Below the pieces are notes generated by a model. That model was not told the origin of the DNA, made no database searches, and saw nothing but the letters and a program-made list of their open reading frames with translations. A program made the position numbers and the translations under genes. DNA of 64,000 bases from an uncultured delta proteobacterium (lineage in GTDB: Bacteria; Desulfobacterota; Binatia; DP-6): the NCBI GenBank assembly GCA_963815115.1, contig CAWFFN010000005.1, forward strand, positions 1,056,001 to 1,120,000. Direction: 5' to 3'. Below, piece after piece: positions 42,517-52,173 of the stretch (position 1 is its first letter; every line of letters starts with the position of its first letter).

Positions 42517-45500
42517 CCGCCGAGCAGCTCGCCGCGGCACGGGTCCCCGATCCCGGCCGCGTGCTCGCGGCCGCCGCGGCGTGTGGCGAGTGGCTGGAGG
42601 CTGCGCCGCCGGGCCCGATCCTCGCCGGTCTCTCGGTCACCGCCGATCCGGCCGGAGCGCTGCACGTGCTCCGCCAACTGCTCGAGGAGACCCGGCCGGC
42701 GCTCACCTCCGCCGAGGTCGTCGCGCTCCTGCGCCTGCTCGGCGGCAGCCCCGCGCTCGCCAAGGCGCTCGCCGCGGAGGGCGCTGGCTGGCCGGCGGTC
42801 CTGCGCGGGCTCCTGGCGGAGGAGCGGCGCGACGCGGCGGCGCATCGCGACGCGCTCGATGCCCTCGGCGTCGCCGGGGCGCTCCCGCGCGAGACGCTGC
42901 AGGCGCGGCTCCGCCTCTATCGCCGCCGCGAGCTGCTGCGCGTGGGAGGCCGGGATCTTCTCGGCCTCGCGACCGTCGACGACACGATGCGCGAGCTGAG
43001 CGCGCTGGCCGATGCGGTGATCGACGCCGCGCTCGCCTCCACCCGGGCCCGCCTGGCGGAGGAATGGGGAGGCGACGGGCAGGTCGCATTCGTCGTCCTC
43101 GGCATGGGCAAGCTCGGCGGCGGCGAGCTCAACTACAGCTCCGACGTCGATCTGGTCTACGTCTACGATCGCGACGGCGACCATCCCGGCGGCCGGACGC
43201 TGCGCGAGTTCTGCGTGCGGATCGGGCAGGAGGTGACCCGTGCCCTCGCGGAGGTGACGGCCGACGGCTTCTGCTTCCGCGTCGATCTGCGCTTGCGACC
43301 GGGAGGCGGCGAGGGACCGGTGGCGGTGTCGCTGGCCGCGCTCGTCTCCTACTACGAGGCCTTCGGTCAGACCTGGGAGCGCGCCGCGTGGCTGAAGGCT
43401 CGCCGCGTGGCAGGCGATCACGACCTGGGTCAGGCGATCACGCGGGAGCTGACGCCGTTCGTGTACCGGCGCTTCCTCGACTACGGCATGCTGGAGGACC
43501 TGAATGCGATGAAGCGGCGCGTGGACGCGTCGCTGCGAGACCCGGGCGCCCATCGGCGCAACGTGAAGCTGGGGCGTGGCGGCATCCGGGCGGTCGAGTT
43601 CTGGGTCCAGGCGCACCAGCTGATTCACGGCGGCAAGGACCTGCGCTTGCGCGAGCGCAGCACGCTCGGCGCGCTCGCCGTCCTCGCGGACGCCGGCTAC
43701 GCGACCCGGGAGCAGACCGCCACGCTGGCGGCGGCGTACCGCTTCCTGCGCGATCTCGAGCACAAGCTGCAGATCGTCCAGGAGCGCCAGACGCAGATCG
43801 TTCCCGACGATCCCGAGGAGCTCGGCATGCTGGTGCGCCGGCTCGGCCTCACCGGCGACGATGCCGAGGCCGAGTTCTGGCGGCGCCACGAAACCCACAC
43901 GGGTGTGGTGGACGCCGCCTTCACGGCGCTGTTCCACGGTCCGGAGGAGGAGCGCCGGCGCGAGGAGCGTCCCGAGCTCACCACCCTCATGGATTCGCTC
44001 GAGCACGAGGAGCAGGCGCTCTCGCGGCTCGGTCAGCTCGGCTTCCGCGACCTCGAGGGCGCACGGCGGGAGCTCCGCCTGCTACGCGACGGACCGTCCT
44101 ACGCGCCGGCGTCGCCGCGCCGTCGCGAAGCGCTGGCGGCGCTGGCCCCGAGCCTGCTCGCCGAGATCGCCGCCTCCGCGGCGCCCGACGGTGCCTTGCA
44201 CCACGTCGCCAGCTTCATCACCACCGTCGGCGCGCGCACGAGCTATCTCCACCTGCTGCTGGAGAACCCGGGCATCATGCGGCTGCTGGTGCGGCTCTTC
44301 GCCACCAGCGAGTTCCTGTCCCGCTTCTTCCTGCGCCATCCCGAGCTCCTCGACAGCCTGGTGCGCGCCGATCTCGTGCGGCTCAGGCGCTCCCGCGACG
44401 ACCTCGCGCGCGAGCTCGGTGCGCGGCTCGGCTCCGCACAGGACTACGAGTCCGAGCTGGACATCCTGCGCCGCTTCCGCAACGAGGAGTTCCTGCGCAT
44501 CGGTGTGCACGACATCCAGGGCGAGCTGCGACCGGCGGACGTCTGCAGCCAGCTCTCGGCCCTGGCCGACGTCTGCCTGGCGCAGGCGCGCGGTCTGGCG
44601 TGGCGCGACGTGACGCGGCGGCTCGAGTTGCCACCCGAGCCCCCGAGCGAGGGGCTCTCCGTGATCGCGATGGGAAAGCTCGGCGGCGAGGAGCTCAACT
44701 ACCACTCCGATCTCGACCTCATCTTCGTCTACGACGCGCGCGACGCGGACTGGTGGCGCGAGCACATGGCGCCGCACGAGTTCTTCACCCGCGTCGCGCA
44801 GCGGACGATGAACGTGCTCCAGACGTCGACGCGCGAGGGCGTTGCCTACCGCATCGACACGCGCTTGCGACCGTCGGGCAACCAGGGCCCGCTGGTGTCG
44901 TCGCTCGACGCCTTCGAGGCCTATCACCGGTCGAGCGCCCAGCTCTGGGAGCGCCAGGCGCTCATCCGGGCGCGGCCCCTCGAGGGCCCGGAAGGGCTGC
45001 GTGCGCGGCTCGAGGCGACGATCACGCAGTTCGTCTACGGGCGCGGCCTCGACCCGGCCGACGTGGGCGAGATGAACAGGATGCGTGAGCGCATCGCGAC
45101 CGAGCGCGCCGCAGACGACGGGCAGCACCTCAACATCAAGACCGGCCGCGGCGGCCTGGTCGACGTCGAGTTCGTCGTCCAGATGCTCCAGCTTCGCCAT
45201 GGTCACCGCGAGCCGCGCCTGCGCCAGCGGGGGACGCGTGCGGCGCTCGCGGCGCTGGAGGCGACCGGCTTCCTGCCGGTGGACGACGCCCGCCGGCTGC
45301 ACGAGGGCTACGACTTCCTGCGTGCCCTCGAGAGCCGCCTGCGGATCGAGCGCGACCAGCCGGTCGAAGCCCTCGACACCGACCCCGACTCGCTCCTCGG
45401 CGTTGCCCGCCGGCTGGGGTACGCGGGGCCGGACGAAGCGGCGGTGGCGGCCTTGCGCGCCGATCACGAGCGGCATCGCATGGCGATCCGCGAAGCGTAC

Positions 45501-45530
45501 GATCGGGCCTTTGCCGACGCGGCGTCGTGA
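42507..45530 (+). CDS. glnE: Bifunctional glutamine synthetase adenylyltransferase/adenylyl-removing enzyme
   Basis: Two nucleotidyltransferase domains: MGKLGG.ELNY.SD.DL (x2), (V/I)D.RLRP.G (x2), WER.A, K.GRGG. Confidence 0.95.
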   Translation: MGLTAEQLAAARVPDPGRVLAAAAACGEWLEAAPPGPILAGLSVTADPAGALHVLRQLLEETRPALTSAEVVALLRLLGGSPALAKALAAEGAGWPAVLRGLLAEERRDAAAHRDALDALGVAGALPRETLQARLRLYRRRELLRVGGRDLLGLATVDDTMRELSALADAVIDAALASTRARLAEEWGGDGQVAFVVLGMGKLGGGELNYSSDVDLVYVYDRDGDHPGGRTLREFCVRIGQEVTRALAEVTADGFCFRVDLRLRPGGGEGPVAVSLAALVSYYEAFGQTWERAAWLKARRVAGDHDLGQAITRELTPFVYRRFLDYGMLEDLNAMKRRVDASLRDPGAHRRNVKLGRGGIRAVEFWVQAHQLIHGGKDLRLRERSTLGALAVLADAGYATREQTATLAAAYRFLRDLEHKLQIVQERQTQIVPDDPEELGMLVRRLGLTGDDAEAEFWRRHETHTGVVDAAFTALFHGPEEERRREERPELTTLMDSLEHEEQALSRLGQLGFRDLEGARRELRLLRDGPSYAPASPRRREALAALAPSLLAEIAASAAPDGALHHVASFITTVGARTSYLHLLLENPGIMRLLVRLFATSEFLSRFFLRHPELLDSLVRADLVRLRRSRDDLARELGARLGSAQDYESELDILRRFRNEEFLRIGVHDIQGELRPADVCSQLSALADVCLAQARGLAWRDVTRRLELPPEPPSEGLSVIAMGKLGGEELNYHSDLDLIFVYDARDADWWREHMAPHEFFTRVAQRTMNVLQTSTREGVAYRIDTRLRPSGNQGPLVSSLDAFEAYHRSSAQLWERQALIRARPLEGPEGLRARLEATITQFVYGRGLDPADVGEMNRMRERIATERAADDGQHLNIKTGRGGLVDVEFVVQMLQLRHGHREPRLRQRGTRAALAALEATGFLPVDDARRLHEGYDFLRALESRLRIERDQPVEALDTDPDSLLGVARRLGYAGPDEAAVAALRADHERHRMAIREAYDRAFADAAS

Positions 45531-45579
45531 CCTACGCGGCTTGCCTTGCCGGCGACCTTCGGGCTAGCTCTGGCGAGCG

Positions 45580-46491
45580 ATGCAGAAGACCGAGCGCATC
45601 TGGCTCGACGGCGAGCTGGTTCCCTGGGAGGCCGCGCAGGTGCACGTGATGACGCACACCTTGCACTACGGCCTCGGTGTGTTCGAGGGGATCCGCTGCT
45701 ACGAGGGTGCCGACGGACGCTCGGCCATCTTCCGGCTCCGAGAGCATCTCGAGCGCCTGTTCGGATCGGCCCACATTCTCGAGCTCGCCATGCCGTACTC
45801 GCGCGAGCAGCTCGCCGATGCCTGTCGCGAGACCGTACGCGCCAACCGCCTGCGCGAGTGCTACCTGCGCCCGATCGCATTCCTCGGCGACGGCGACATG
45901 GGACTCTCGGCGCGGCCGCCGACGCGCGTCGCGATCGCCGCGTGGCCGTGGGGCGCGTACCTCGGCGACGACGGCGTCCGCAACGGCGTGCGGCTCAAGA
46001 CCAGCTCCTTCCAGCGCTTCCATCCCAACACCCTGTTCACCAAGGCGAAGGCCGTTGGACACTACGTGAACTCCATCCTGGCGGCGCAGGAAGCGCGCGG
46101 CGGCGGCTACGACGAGGCGCTCCTGCTCGACGTCGACGGCTACGTGTCGGAGGCGAGCGGCGAGAACATCTTCATCGTGCAGCACGGCGTGGTGAAGACC
46201 ACGCCGCTGCCGACCGTGCTGGGCGGGATCACGCGCGACGCGGCGATACGCCTCCTCACCGACCTCGGCGTCGCGGTTCGCGAGGAGCGCTTCACGCGCG
46301 ACGAGGTCTATCTCGCGGACGAGGCGTTCGTCACCGGCACGGCCGTCGAGATCACGCCCGTGCGCGAGCTGGACGGGCGCCGCATCGGCACGGGACGTCC
46401 CGGTCCGGTGACGGCCCGACTGCAGGAGCTCTTCCTCGCGGTCGTCCACGGCGGGGACGCGCGCTACGCCGACTGGCTGACGCCCGTCTGA
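45580..46491 (+). CDS. ilvE: Branched-chain amino acid aminotransferase
   Basis: LHYGLGVFEGIR, KAKA.G.YVNS, E.SGEN.F, L.GITR, TGTA.EITP. Confidence 0.95.
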   Translation: MQKTERIWLDGELVPWEAAQVHVMTHTLHYGLGVFEGIRCYEGADGRSAIFRLREHLERLFGSAHILELAMPYSREQLADACRETVRANRLRECYLRPIAFLGDGDMGLSARPPTRVAIAAWPWGAYLGDDGVRNGVRLKTSSFQRFHPNTLFTKAKAVGHYVNSILAAQEARGGGYDEALLLDVDGYVSEASGENIFIVQHGVVKTTPLPTVLGGITRDAAIRLLTDLGVAVREERFTRDEVYLADEAFVTGTAVEITPVRELDGRRIGTGRPGPVTARLQELFLAVVHGGDARYADWLTPV

Positions 46492-46538
46492 CGAACATCG
46501 CTTGCGTCCCGGGGGGGCCTCAGGTAGCTACGCCGGCC

Positions 46539-46995
46539 ATGGGAGACGGGAAGCTTCACCGGGTCGCCTGGGTCACCTGGTTCGCCGCCGTGCCGCTCGC
46601 GCTGGTCGCGTGCGGGGGCGGGCGGCGGCACGAAGGCCACCACGACGACCACCGTCGCTCCGAAGGCGGCCGCGCCCACGGCCGCCCCGTCCGGCGAGAC
46701 CGAGGACGAGGACGAGTACGAGCTCGACGTGATCGCGGAAGCCGAGCCCGACGAGGGCGCCCCGCCCCTCAAGGTGCAGTTCACCGCATCGGTGGAGGAA
46801 GAGGAGGGGGGGCCGTGGACCTACGCGTGGGACTTCGGCGACGGCGCCAAGAGCACCGAGCAGAATCCCGTTCACACCTACGACAAGGTGGGCGAGTACA
46901 CGGCTACCCTGACCGTCACCGATCAGAAGGGCAACAAGGGTAACGACGAGATCGACATCTTCGTCGAGACCGACGAGGGCGACGGCGGCGAGTAG
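46539..46995 (+). CDS. Acidic PKD-domain lipoprotein, with a +1 frameshift near 46613-46625
   Basis: Lipobox LVAC in the frame of ATG 46539; Thr/Ala/Pro linker and PKD motif (PL.VQF, Y.WDFGDG, NP.HTY..G.Y...LTV.D) in the frame of ORF 46729-46995. Confidence 0.75.
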
Positions 46996-47013
46996 TCGCG
47001 ACGGCGTGGCCGG

Positions 47014-47927
47014 TCACGGACACGCCGACTCGACCTGTTGTTCGGCCCACTCGAGCTCGCTGAGCGCGGGTGCGAGCGCAGACGCTACCGGGCGGCACCG
47101 GTAGCTGTTTCCCTGCAGGCAGCGCGTGAGGTCCGCGGCACGGGCGTTGGCGACCGCGGCTGCCTGGCGCCAGCGTTCGCGAGCCCGGACGCACGGATCG
47201 ACGCGCTCGAAGAGGCGAGGGGGCTCTTCCTCCTCCGTTCCCTGGGCGCCGCGCGCGGGCGTCGCGGGGGCTGACGGAGACGGGGGCGGTACGACGGTGG
47301 CGGCGGGCGGCGGCGGTGCGGCCGGGGTGCGAGGCGGCGGCGCGATCTTGGCGGCAGGCGGAGGAGGGGAGGAGGCGGTGATGCTTCGGGCGCTGGCGGC
47401 GCGACGCTCGGCGCTGGCGTCGGCGGAGCGGCTGCGGGAGCAGGGGGCGGTGCGGGGGGCGGAGGGAGCGTCGTCGGCGGAGTGGTCGGAGGCGGCGTGG
47501 TGGGTGGCGGCAGGGTCGTCGGCGGCGGTGCCGCGGCGACCGCGGGTGCGCTGGCCACGCCCACGACCTCGATCGCGTCGGGGCTGCGCACGATCATCTC
47601 GGCGCGTCCCGCAAATCGGCGCACGGTGCCAGTGGCCCGGACACGCTTGCCCTCGTAGAGCCGCTGCGGCTGGTGCGGCAGATCGGTGAGCAGCGGGATC
47701 AGGAGGACGACGCGGAACGCGCTCGGATCGTCGGGCGCGAAGTCGAGCACGCAGGTCGCAGCCTCGAGGTGCGCCTGGACGACGTCACCCTCGACCGTCA
47801 CCACGTCCCCGACGTACGCGGATGCCGCCCGCCACGGGACGACGTCGGTGGCACATACCACGGCACTCGTGGCGGCGAGCCACGCAGCACAGACGACCAC
47901 CAGCCAATCCGGAACCCGGGGACGCAT
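47014..47927 (-). CDS. Secreted protein: OB-fold-like domain, long Pro-rich linker, four-Cys helical C-terminal domain; frameshift at G4 47366-47369
   Basis: Signal peptide; A..YVG..VTVEG.V, Y.GK.V...G.V, ending I.V; after a one-base shift the frame reads ...DPCVRARERW...RCLQGNSYRCR...LEWAEQQVESACP*. Confidence 0.65.
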
Positions 47928-47989
47928 GGCCGCACTGCCTTAGCGGGCGTGGACGCGCGGCTGCAAGCGCGAAGCGCCCGGGCGCGCGG

Positions 47990-48298
47990 CCAGGAGAGCG
48001 CCCCGAGACTCCGTCTCGGGTCGGGACGGAGAGCCGAGCCGAGCTCGAGACGGGATGAACAGTGCGGCTGTCGTGCCGCGGCCGGCAAAGCCGGCGCGGC
48101 AGACGTTCCGGAGCCTGGCCCTGCGGCCGAGACGGCCGATTGCGGGGGGCGCAGGACAGGTTGGGCCAGAGCCTCGGGCGAGCCAAGTTTTGCCGCGCCG
48201 GCTTTGCCGGCCGCGGCATGGCGTCCGCGCGATTCATCGAACGCCACACACTCGCCTTCTCTTTCGACCCGAGACGAAGTCTCGGGTCGTCCTCCTAG
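47990..48298. mobile_element. MITE/REPIN-like element, long symmetric copy
   Basis: Imperfect terminal inverted repeats of about 34 bp that are themselves hairpins; exact 28-bp internal inverted pair (48074-48101 / 48191-48218); ends at CTAG. Confidence 0.75.
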
Positions 48299-48564
48299 CC
48301 CCGCGATCCCGGTGCTCGCTCGCGCGCCTCGCTCACCGTGAGCGGCCGTCCGCCGAACGATTTCCCGTTCAGCGCGCCGACGGCAGCTTCGGCTTGGTCG
48401 TCCGTTGACATCTCCACGAAGGCAAAGCCACGCGGCCGGCCTGTCTCGCGGTCAATGACGATCTTGACCTCGTGGACCTGGCCGCCTCCCTCTTCGAAGA
48501 GGGCGCGGAGCTGTGCCTCGGTGGTCTGGTAGGGAATGTTTCCGACGTATAGTCGCTTGCCCAT
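48295..48564 (-). CDS. RRM (RNP-1) RNA-binding protein
   Basis: RNP2 LYVGNI, RNP1 RGFAFVEM, GR.L.V.EA. Confidence 0.93.
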   Translation of the reverse strand: MGKRLYVGNIPYQTTEAQLRALFEEGGGQVHEVKIVIDRETGRPRGFAFVEMSTDDQAEAAVGALNGKSFGGRPLTVSEARERAPGSRG

Positions 48565-48680
48565 TCTCGCTCCCGCTCAGCCTCGCGTAGTGCGTGGCCG
48601 CCCGATCTCCCGTGGCCGCCTTCTAGCATGCCATTGGAGCGGCGGTCTAGGCTTTCCTTCAAGCACTGCGACACAACGGC

Positions 48681-49508
48681 TCAGGGATCGCGAGCGCCGG
48701 GGGACGCCGCGTTTCCGGCTTCGGCGGCGCGCCGACCCGCTCGGCGCCAGGCGACTCCCAGGAGCATGAGGGCCAGGCCGAGAGCGGCCGCGCCGACGAG
48801 GAGCGGCGAAGCGGCAGCGCGTCCGGTGTCGACCGTCACGACGGCCGAGGCCACGCTCAGGTGCCGGCGGCCGTCCACGACGTAGTCGAAGAGCGCGAAC
48901 ATTCGAGCGCTGCTGCCGGGCACCGCGCCGTCGTTCTGCACCACGAGCGGCACCTCGCTCCGGCCCTGCGCCGGCACGGCGGCGGGCTGGCTCTCCGGCT
49001 CGATCGTGAGCCCGCCAGGTAGCGCGACGATCACGCGCCCGTGGACGGGCGCTGGCGTCGGGTTCTCGAGCGCCAGGGCGGCGCGTCCGAAGCGGGTCAC
49101 GGGTGAGACCGTGAGGGTCGCGTGCACCTCGGGGACGGGCAGCAGGCCAGGGGTCTCGACTGCCGTGACGGCGGGGATCGACGTGCGGTGCCCCGTCCGA
49201 TCCGTGTACGTCACGCGGAACATGGCCGCCACGGCGCCTGGCTCCGCTGGCGGGGGCAGGTCGAAGGTCCAGGTGTGACGCGCCCCGGGCGGCAGCGCGG
49301 CGAGCGCTGCGCCGCGCTGGTCGCGCCCCTGGTAGACGACCTCGGCCGTCACGTCGTCGAGGGGAGCGTCGCCACCGTTCGCCGCTTCGAGTCGCAGCGC
49401 GGTACGGTCGGTCACGGCGGCCGTCGCCGTCGTCTCCACCGTCGCGGCGGCCCGCGCCGTCGCCGCCAGCGCCATCATCAGCGACACGAGCCAGGACCGC
49501 GGAGACAC
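48681..49508 (-). CDS. Hypothetical exported protein with Ig-like beta domains and a C-terminal membrane anchor
   Basis: Signal peptide, N.GD motif, beta-rich body, C-terminal TM helix followed by basic residues. Confidence 0.6.
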   Translation of the reverse strand: MSPRSWLVSLMMALAATARAAATVETTATAAVTDRTALRLEAANGGDAPLDDVTAEVVYQGRDQRGAALAALPPGARHTWTFDLPPPAEPGAVAAMFRVTYTDRTGHRTSIPAVTAVETPGLLPVPEVHATLTVSPVTRFGRAALALENPTPAPVHGRVIVALPGGLTIEPESQPAAVPAQGRSEVPLVVQNDGAVPGSSARMFALFDYVVDGRRHLSVASAVVTVDTGRAAASPLLVGAAALGLALMLLGVAWRRAGRRAAEAGNAASPGARDP

Positions 49509-49611
49509 CCGGCGCAGCTAGCAGAGGCCGGCGAGGCGCAGCAACCGCGACGCTTGAGACGCGCCGCGAACCTGGGCTAAGGGTGACGCCGTCATCAGAG
49601 GAGGACGTCCC

Positions 49612-50094
49612 GTGGAAGACATCCGGTTCGACGACATCGCGACCCTCAAGTCCAAGATCAGCGACACCTTCGGGGACTGGAGCGATCCCCTCGAGGTGAC
49701 GCAGGACATGATCAACCGCTTCGCCGAGCTGACCGGGGACCATCAGTGGATCCACGTCGACGTCGAGCGGGCCAAGCGCGAGAGTCCCTTCGGTGGAACC
49801 ATCGCGCACGGCTTTCTCACCCTGAGCCTTCTCCCCGCGATGCGCAGCAAGGCCGCCTGGAAGGTGGTCGGCTACGGCAACGCCACCAACTACGGCGCCA
49901 ACAAGCTGCGCTTCGTCTCGCCGGTGCCGGCAGGCGCCAAGGTGCACTCGCACGGGCGGTTGATCGGAGTCGAGGCCCATCCCAAGGGGACGCAGATGAC
50001 GCAGGAGATCGTGGTCCACGTCGTCGGCAGCGATCGGCCCGCGCTCCTCTACGAGATGGTCGTGCTCTACCACCCGGCGGTGAAGCGAGGCTGA
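49612..50094 (+). CDS. MaoC family dehydratase
   Basis: FA.LTGDHQWIHVD.ERA, TIAHGFLTLSL, NYG.NKLRF..PV. Confidence 0.93.
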   Translation: MEDIRFDDIATLKSKISDTFGDWSDPLEVTQDMINRFAELTGDHQWIHVDVERAKRESPFGGTIAHGFLTLSLLPAMRSKAAWKVVGYGNATNYGANKLRFVSPVPAGAKVHSHGRLIGVEAHPKGTQMTQEIVVHVVGSDRPALLYEMVVLYHPAVKRG

Positions 50095-51297
50095 GTGGTC
50101 CTTCCGATCGGAGACGCGCCGAACCCGAGGGGCGTTCCGGTCGTCACGTATCTCCTGATCGCGGCGAACGTCGCGGTCTACCTGCTCGTCACCTTGCCGC
50201 TGGGTGAGCGGCGTCCAGCGGCGAACGATCCCGCGCTGCACGAGTACGTCCGCGTCATGTCGCACGCGGTGGCCAACCGCGCGCAGCTCCAGCAGGTCCT
50301 CACCAGCGTGTCGGCGTACGACCTGGTCGTGTTCCGCTGGGGCTTCCGTCCTGCGGCGCCGTCGGCCGCGGACCTGTTCACCTGCATGTTCCTCCACGCC
50401 GGCTTCCTCCACCTGTTCGGCAACATGCTCTTCCTCTGGATCTACGGCGACAACGTGGAGCACCGCCTGGGCCCGGTCCGCTACCTGTGCTGGTATCTGG
50501 GCACGGGGATCGCCGCGACGCTCTTCCACATGCTCGGCGCCTCCGGCTCCGAGATCCCGCTCGTCGGCGCGTCGGGTGCCATCTCGGGAATCCTGGGCTT
50601 CTACTTCGTGTGGTTCCCGCGCAACCGGGTGCGCCTGCTCTGGCTACTCCCGCCGTTCCTGATGCAGGTCTTCGAGGTCCCGGCGCGCATCGTGCTCGGC
50701 ATCTACCTCGTGCTCGACAACCTGCTCCCCTACCTGATCGTGAGCAGCGATGCGGGCGTGGCGCACGGGGCGCACATCGGCGGCTTCCTTGCCGGGCTGG
50801 CCGCCGCCTGGGTGATGGACCGGCGCGAGGTCACGGTGCGTCCCGGAGAGTTCGCCGACGCGCTGGAGGTCTCGCTGCGCGAGGAGCCCCAGTGGCGCGC
50901 CCGAATCGCCGGCGCCATCGACCAGGGACGCATGGAGGAAGCGGCGGTGGAATACTTCGAGGTGCCGGCCCACGCCAGCCGCGGACTTCTCACGCCCGAG
51001 CGCTCGATGGCACTGGCGCGCTGGCTGCAGGAACACCGGCACCTCGAAGCCGCGCTGGCCGTGGCCCGGCGGCACATGCGCGATTTCCCGAACGGCCCGG
51101 GTCTCGCGGAGGCACATCTGCTCGCCGGCCAGGTCCTGCTCGAGTCCCAGCAGCCGACGCCCGCGTACCAGCACTTCCTGGCCGTGCTCGACGCCGGCTC
51201 CGACGGAGCGATGGCGGCGGCGGCGCGCGCCGGTATCGCGTCGGTCGAGCGCTTGCAGAAGCGGCAGATCGGACACCCCCACGTCCGGCGGGCGTGA
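50095..51297 (+). CDS. Rhomboid intramembrane protease with a C-terminal TPR-like extension
   Basis: MFLH....HL.GNM.FLW..GDNVE, GASGAISG, AHIGG; helical tail with FP.G....AH. Confidence 0.9.
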   Translation: MVLPIGDAPNPRGVPVVTYLLIAANVAVYLLVTLPLGERRPAANDPALHEYVRVMSHAVANRAQLQQVLTSVSAYDLVVFRWGFRPAAPSAADLFTCMFLHAGFLHLFGNMLFLWIYGDNVEHRLGPVRYLCWYLGTGIAATLFHMLGASGSEIPLVGASGAISGILGFYFVWFPRNRVRLLWLLPPFLMQVFEVPARIVLGIYLVLDNLLPYLIVSSDAGVAHGAHIGGFLAGLAAAWVMDRREVTVRPGEFADALEVSLREEPQWRARIAGAIDQGRMEEAAVEYFEVPAHASRGLLTPERSMALARWLQEHRHLEAALAVARRHMRDFPNGPGLAEAHLLAGQVLLESQQPTPAYQHFLAVLDAGSDGAMAAAARAGIASVERLQKRQIGHPHVRRA

Positions 51298-51393
51298 CGG
51301 CTGACGCGTCCGGGCAGCTTGACACGCAGCGGGGAAAGATTGATGTACGCGCGCCCCGCGGCGAGGATGCCGGGGTCGCAAAGGGAGGGGGTC

Positions 51394-52005
51394 ATGATGG
51401 GACTTCGGACGGTTGCAATCGGCCTGGCCGGCGGGCTCGCGCTCGCCGCGTGCGCGCATCGACCGCCGCCGATGCCGCCTCCGCCTACGGCCGTCCGGAC
51501 GGTCGAGAAGGTGCCGGGCGGCGTCGAGGTGAACCAGGTCCTGACGGTCACGGCCGTCGTCAGGCGGGTCGATCCGCGGCGCCGCATGGTGGCGCTGGTC
51601 GGACCCGACGGGCAGGTGACGACCCTCCGGGTCGGTCCGGGCGTACGGAACCTGGACCGGGTACGGAGAAACGATCACGTGGTCGTGTCCTACACGGAGT
51701 CGGTTGCGCTGCGCCTGAAGAAGCCGGGCGGGCCCCCGGAGGCGACGGTGACGGAGGAGGTCGCCACCGCCGAGCCGGGCCAGAGGCCCGCCGCAGAGGT
51801 TGGGGACGTGGTCACCGCCACCGCCAAGATCGTCGGCATCGACCGCGCAGGGCAGACGGCGACGCTCGTGGGCCCGCGTGGCAGGCGGCTCACCGTCAAG
51901 GTGAGGGACCCCGCGCTGCTCGACAGGGTGAAGGTCGGCGATCGCGTCCAGGCGACGTATCGCGAGGCGCTCGCCGTCTCCGTCGAGCCGGCGCCGACGC
52001 AGTAG
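51394..52005 (+). CDS. Hypothetical lipoprotein with two repeated beta (OB-like) domains
   Basis: Lipobox LAAC; duplicated motif TA.(V/I)..(V/I)D.....L.GP.G...T..V....LDRV...D.V...Y.E. Confidence 0.75.
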   Translation: MMGLRTVAIGLAGGLALAACAHRPPPMPPPPTAVRTVEKVPGGVEVNQVLTVTAVVRRVDPRRRMVALVGPDGQVTTLRVGPGVRNLDRVRRNDHVVVSYTESVALRLKKPGGPPEATVTEEVATAEPGQRPAAEVGDVVTATAKIVGIDRAGQTATLVGPRGRRLTVKVRDPALLDRVKVGDRVQATYREALAVSVEPAPTQ

Positions 52006-52173
52006 CCGTCCTCGCCCGCCGGACGCTTGAACACCCCCCCGACGGCGGATACACCGCGGGTGACACGGCGAAAGTGGTCGGCCCGCGGGCGGCCGCGCCC
52101 GGAGCCGGGAGATCGGACCCAGGTCCGCGATATCCGGTAGGGACCCTGTCGGGTCCCGGAAGGGGGAGCCGTC

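Noticed and set aside
48055-48408. Short ORFs beginning or containing MPRPAKPARQ in both repeat copies
   Set aside because: The shared peptide simply reflects the DNA hairpin. The frames diverge afterwards, and there is no RBS or transposase motif.
52060-52140. c-di-GMP-I or c-di-AMP riboswitch
   Set aside because: It lacks the GGCAAAC/GNRA/GACGCAAAG pattern and the ydaO-type consensus; kept only as a generic structured-leader candidate.
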